Origin: Sulfurovum sp.
GTDB lineage: Bacteria > Campylobacterota > Campylobacteria > Campylobacterales > Sulfurovaceae
DNA: 48,887 bases
Direction: 5' to 3'
Assembly (NCBI GenBank): GCA_026996325.1
Contig: JALWLU010000079.1
Span: 1-48,887, forward strand
This document shows positions 45,187 to 48,887 of the stretch, one piece after another. Both the position numbers and the translations under genes were made by a program. The number at the start of each line of letters is the position of its first letter. The first letter of the stretch is position 1. The notes under the pieces are model-generated. The model made no database searches and was not told where the DNA came from. It was given only the letters and a program-made list of their open reading frames with translations.

Positions 45187-46317
45187 TTAACTCTTGAACC
45201 ACCCTTTGATACGTTCGAATGCCGACTCAAAGGTACTTTTGTGGGGATGGCTCTCCACACCGTAGCTCTCCTGCAGTTTTTCAAGCAGCGCTTTCTGCTC
45301 GTCGTTAAACTTTTTGGGAAGCACGAGTTTGATCTGCGCGATGAGACGTCCCTTTCTGCCGCTATGAACATCCGGCACCCCTTCGCCTTCGAAGACGAAC
45401 TGCTCTTTGTCCTTGGTACCCTGCTTGAGGTTGAGTTCGAGTTCGCCTTTTAGGGCAGGGATGGAGATGGTCTCTCCCAGAATGGCCTGCGTGAAGAAGA
45501 CAGGCACTTCGATGTAGATGTCGTTACCGTTTCTTACAAAGTGCTCATCCTCTTCGACATAGAAGGTCAGGTACAGATCACCGCGTCTGCCCTCTTTAGA
45601 CTCGTTTCCGTGGCCCGGTACTCTTAGACGGTTTCCGCTGTCCACCCCGGCAGGGATCTTGACCGTGACGCTCTCCTCTTTGACTGCGTACCCTTTTCCG
45701 TGACAGGTCGGGCACTTCTGCTCTATCTTCTTGCCCATACCGTGACACTTCGGACACTCCTGGGCAAAGGTCATGAAGCCCTGGCGCATAACGATCTGTC
45801 CCTGGCCGCCACAGTAGTCGCAGGTGGTCATCTTACCGTTCTTGGCACCCGTACCCTGGCAGTCACGGCAGTAGGTCTTGTAGCGGATATCGACGGTCTT
45901 TTCACAGCCGAACACCGCTTCGTTGAACTGCAGCGTCAACTCCATTTCAAAGTCGAGTGCATACTTCTGTCCCGGGTCGCGTCTGCTCTGTCCAAAGCCG
46001 CCAAATCCACCGCCGCCACCGAACATAGAGTTGAAGATATCCATGATGTCATCCATGTTCGCACCGCCGAATCCGCCGCCGGCTCCCTGCCCCTGCAGTC
46101 CCTCTTTGCCGTAGCGGTCGTAGATGGCGCGTTTCTCTTCGTCACTGAGGATCTGGTAGGCTTCGTTGATGAGCTTGAACTTCTCTTCTGCCTCTTTGTC
46201 GTCCGGGTTTCTGTCGGGGTGGTACTTGAGTGCCAGTTTGCGGTAGGCTTTCTTCAGCTCCGCACCGCTGCAGTCTCTGCTGACCTCGAGTATTTCGTAG
46301 TAGTCCATTTCGCTCAT
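45187..46317 (-). CDS. dnaJ: Chaperone DnaJ
   Basis: [17 protein letters not shown] region, four CxxCxGxG repeats; AGGAG RBS before ATG 46317. Confidence 0.97.
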   Translation of the reverse strand: MSEMDYYEILEVSRDCSGAELKKAYRKLALKYHPDRNPDDKEAEEKFKLINEAYQILSDEEKRAIYDRYGKEGLQGQGAGGGFGGANMDDIMDIFNSMFGGGGGFGGFGQSRRDPGQKYALDFEMELTLQFNEAVFGCEKTVDIRYKTYCRDCQGTGAKNGKMTTCDYCGGQGQIVMRQGFMTFAQECPKCHGMGKKIEQKCPTCHGKGYAVKEESVTVKIPAGVDSGNRLRVPGHGNESKEGRRGDLYLTFYVEEDEHFVRNGNDIYIEVPVFFTQAILGETISIPALKGELELNLKQGTKDKEQFVFEGEGVPDVHSGRKGRLIAQIKLVLPKKFNDEQKALLEKLQESYGVESHPHKSTFESAFERIKGWFKS

Positions 46318-46402
46318 TGGCGTTCTCCTGAAATAGGTAAAATATTGGGCGAATTCTACCATAATTTCGTTATAATGGCTAATCAAAAAAAGGTGGGCAG
46401 CA

Positions 46403-46705
46403 ATGGTCGTACATATCGTACTTTTCAAATTCAAGGAAGAACACAAACAGGCCAATATGATCCAGGCAAAGCAGATGCTCGAAAATCTGATGGGAGCGGT
46501 ACCCTCACTGCGCAGTATCGATGTGGGGATGAACTTCTCAGATGAAGAGCGTGCAATGGATCTGAGTATCATCACGACATTCGAGAGTAAAGAGGGGCTG
46601 GAGGCGTATGCCGTGCATCCGGAACACCTGAAGGTAGTTGACTTCATCAAGCAGGTGGTGGAGTATTCGAAGGTGGTCGATTATGAAAAGCCCGATGGGC
46701 TTTAG
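46403..46705 (+). CDS. Dabb (stress-responsive A/B barrel) protein
   Basis: HIVLFKFK...FES.E.L.AY.VHPEH...DY. Confidence 0.88.
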   Translation: MVVHIVLFKFKEEHKQANMIQAKQMLENLMGAVPSLRSIDVGMNFSDEERAMDLSIITTFESKEGLEAYAVHPEHLKVVDFIKQVVEYSKVVDYEKPDGL

Positions 46706-46737
46706 TGGGGAGTGAAGAGTGATGAGTGAAGAGTGTC
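46703..46737 (+). repeat. Degenerate heptamer tandem repeat (GAGTGAA-type) x5
   Basis: TAGTGGG GAGTGAA GAGTGAT GAGTGAA GAGTGTC, starting at the Dabb stop codon. Confidence 0.75.
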
Positions 46738-46797
46738 GGTATGCTTTTCTGCGAAAAGCTTTTATAGGCAGTGCTGTAGTATATGTAACGGAGCAAG

Positions 46798-47367
46798 ATG
46801 AAGCAGCATAGAATTGAGGCGTTCGAGAATCTGGTAGAAGCATTTGGCTCACTGCCGTCGGTGGGTAAAAAGACGGCGGTGCGGCTGGCGTACCACGTGG
46901 TGATGGAAGACGGATTTGGTGCGCTCAAGCTGGCACATGCCATCGAACATGCGGTGGGAAGCATCCAGAAGTGCAGCAAGTGTCACAACATGAGCGAAGA
47001 TGAGCTCTGCTCCATCTGTTCGGATCCTTACCGTGATACTACGAAGCTCTGCATTGTCCAGAGTGCGAAAGATATTCTTACCATCGAGGAGAGCGGACAG
47101 TTCGACGGGGTCTACTATGTCATCTCGCAGGTACAGGATATGGATGAGTCGCACCTCTTCTATGCCGTAGAGGGGGTAGAGGAGATCATCTTCGCCTTTC
47201 CGCCAAGTATCGCAACCGATACGATGATTCTCTATATCGAGGACAAGCTATCGGGTCTGCCCATTCGGTTTACAAAGATCGCACAGGGCGTGCCTACGGG
47301 AGTGGAGCTGGAGAATATCGATATGATGTCGCTTTCACGTGCGCTTGAGGCAAGGGTGGAAGTGTAG
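46798..47367 (+). CDS. recR: Recombination mediator RecR
   Basis: LPSVGKKTA HhH, CSKC...CSIC zinc finger, IAQGVP.G.ELE. Confidence 0.95.
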   Translation: MKQHRIEAFENLVEAFGSLPSVGKKTAVRLAYHVVMEDGFGALKLAHAIEHAVGSIQKCSKCHNMSEDELCSICSDPYRDTTKLCIVQSAKDILTIEESGQFDGVYYVISQVQDMDESHLFYAVEGVEEIIFAFPPSIATDTMILYIEDKLSGLPIRFTKIAQGVPTGVELENIDMMSLSRALEARVEV

Positions 47368-47388
47368 CGCTTTGCCTGCGGACGGTTT

Positions 47389-48429
47389 TTATGAGCGTTC
47401 GTTGATGTAGTCCTGCACGAACTTTCGTACATCGGCATAGACGAACGAGTCTTTATACCCCTCTATCTTCCCGCCGCTGGCATTGGGGTGACCGCCGCCG
47501 TTGCCGATCTGCGCCGCCATCTGAGAGACATCGACTTTGTTGTTGCTGCGGAGCGAGAAGTTGCCCCTGAAGTTGACATCCATATAGAAGTCGTAGTCGG
47601 GGTTGTTGACAAGGAAGGTGTTGCCGATAATAGAGGTGTTTCCGACGTTGTAGCCGAGGATACCCTTGTAGTCCCTGTAGTGAATGGTCAGACGCTGTTT
47701 GTCTTTGCTCAGCAGATCGGTCACGTAGTCTGCCACGAGGTTGTCTTTGGTCTTGTTGGTGCCTTTGTTGAAGAAGGCCTTTTTGATCTGGTGCAGATCG
47801 TCGTCGAGCTGGATAGGGGCTTCGTGTGCGCTGATGCGCTCTTTTGCCGCTTCGATCATCGCAAGTTTGAAAGCCCTGTCCTTATCGGGAAAGAGAATAC
47901 GGTTGATCTCGCGCGCACCGGAGATCATCCCGAGCATCACTTTGCCATATTCGAAGTAGGGATCCTGGTCTTTCCAGATGTCGATAGCGTTAATGGCTTT
48001 GACGATGTCAGCATATGCGTTTTCCGGGTCGAAGCCGTAGTGCTTTTGCAGCCAGCCATAGGTAATCAGTGTGGCACAGCGGCTGGTATCGAGGGTGTAC
48101 CAGGCAAAACGCTCCGCGGCGTTCGCACCGGTAGCGTGGTGGTCGAGCAGCTGCAGTTTGGCGCCGATGCGTACGGCCTCCTTTTCGATCCAGTTGCCCT
48201 CTTTGGTCGTAAGGTTGAGGTCCGTGATAAGGATAAGGCGTTCAGTATTGTCTCCCTGGACGAACTTGTCCTGTTCGATCTTTTTGACCATCTCTTCGAG
48301 GCGTGCAGTCACTTCGGGCCCGTAGTTGGCGTTGTAACACTCGATCTTTCCAAAACATTTGGTGGTCAGATACTGGCATCCGTAGCCGTCAAGGTCGATG
48401 TGTGAGAGGTGATAAACGTGTTGTGCCAT
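47389..48429 (-). CDS. DHH-family phosphoesterase (NrnB-like oligoribonuclease)
   Basis: SHIDLDG, ITDL, LDHH, GGGHPNASG. Confidence 0.88.
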   Translation of the reverse strand: MAQHVYHLSHIDLDGYGCQYLTTKCFGKIECYNANYGPEVTARLEEMVKKIEQDKFVQGDNTERLILITDLNLTTKEGNWIEKEAVRIGAKLQLLDHHATGANAAERFAWYTLDTSRCATLITYGWLQKHYGFDPENAYADIVKAINAIDIWKDQDPYFEYGKVMLGMISGAREINRILFPDKDRAFKLAMIEAAKERISAHEAPIQLDDDLHQIKKAFFNKGTNKTKDNLVADYVTDLLSKDKQRLTIHYRDYKGILGYNVGNTSIIGNTFLVNNPDYDFYMDVNFRGNFSLRSNNKVDVSQMAAQIGNGGGHPNASGGKIEGYKDSFVYADVRKFVQDYINERS

Positions 48430-48827
48430 TAAAGAATCTCGCCGAGTGTCAGACCATGGAGGAAGTCATCGATCTTGGTTTGAAAATTGGCCAGAAAAGG
48501 GGAGATGGCACAGTTTCCGATGGCACCGTTGGGACAGGTATTCATGTAGCTGGTGCAGTCAAAGACTGCAGGTGCCTTGCCTTCGGCTGCAAGAATGATG
48601 CTGTGTATAGTGATCTCATCGACGTTACGGCCCAGTACAAATCCTCCGTGCGCCCCTTTTCTTGACTCGAGAATGCCTGCTTTGGCAAGACTTTGGAGAA
48701 TCTTTGCAAGAAAGCTTTTTGGGATACTCAGTTCATTGGCCAGCTGCTCTGCACCAATGGGTTTTTCTGCATTGCGAATGACATCCAGCGAGAGCAGGGC
48801 ATATTCGCTTGCACGTGTTAATAACAT
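48429..48827 (-). CDS. Rrf2-family transcriptional regulator
   Basis: TRASEYAL...FLAKILQSL...S.KG.HGGF.L; three Cys in DCTSYMNTCPNGAIGNC. Confidence 0.9.
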   Translation of the reverse strand: MLLTRASEYALLSLDVIRNAEKPIGAEQLANELSIPKSFLAKILQSLAKAGILESRKGAHGGFVLGRNVDEITIHSIILAAEGKAPAVFDCTSYMNTCPNGAIGNCAISPFLANFQTKIDDFLHGLTLGEIL

Positions 48828-48887
48828 AGTAGATACCTTTAACATAATCTAATTAGGAGTATTTTACTCTAAATTCGATTATAGATA

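Noticed and set aside
46318-46650. 111-aa N-terminal extension of DnaJ in the ORF track
   Set aside because: Antisense to the Dabb gene; the real start is ATG 46317 with an AGGAG RBS. Similar over-extended starts were trimmed for hup, htpG, nhaD, the RDD gene and the adhesin.

Overview
Chromosomal window from a Campylobacterota bacterium, most likely Sulfurovum-like (inferred from gene order, AAGGA ribosome-binding sites and TG-n-TATAAT promoters). Core genes: recG, hpf, bamD-lon, uvrC, nadB-nhaD-guaA, htpG, hemD-6S RNA-purD-lptD-pnp, atpE-tRNA-Leu, hup, dnaJ, recR. Accessory content: (i) a minus-strand operon of a 1627-aa MshQ-like adhesin plus four MSHA-like minor pilins, preceded by a c-di-GMP-I riboswitch; (ii) three type II toxin-antitoxin modules, each bordered by short repeats; (iii) a PAS/Hpt/NIT-hybrid-kinase/receiver phosphorelay with no output domain; (iv) a DPSL thioferritin. 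Intergenic DNA is rich in small elements: three REP-like palindrome families, a 24-26 nt hairpin present or absent at a fixed position inside one REP family, a family of heptamer tandem arrays at gene ends (one inverted pair brackets a TA module, another brackets an empty spacer), and a 118-bp strand-biased hairpin after the 6S RNA. No transposase, integrase, cas gene or CRISPR array was seen. All calls come from reading the sequence by eye; no searches were run.
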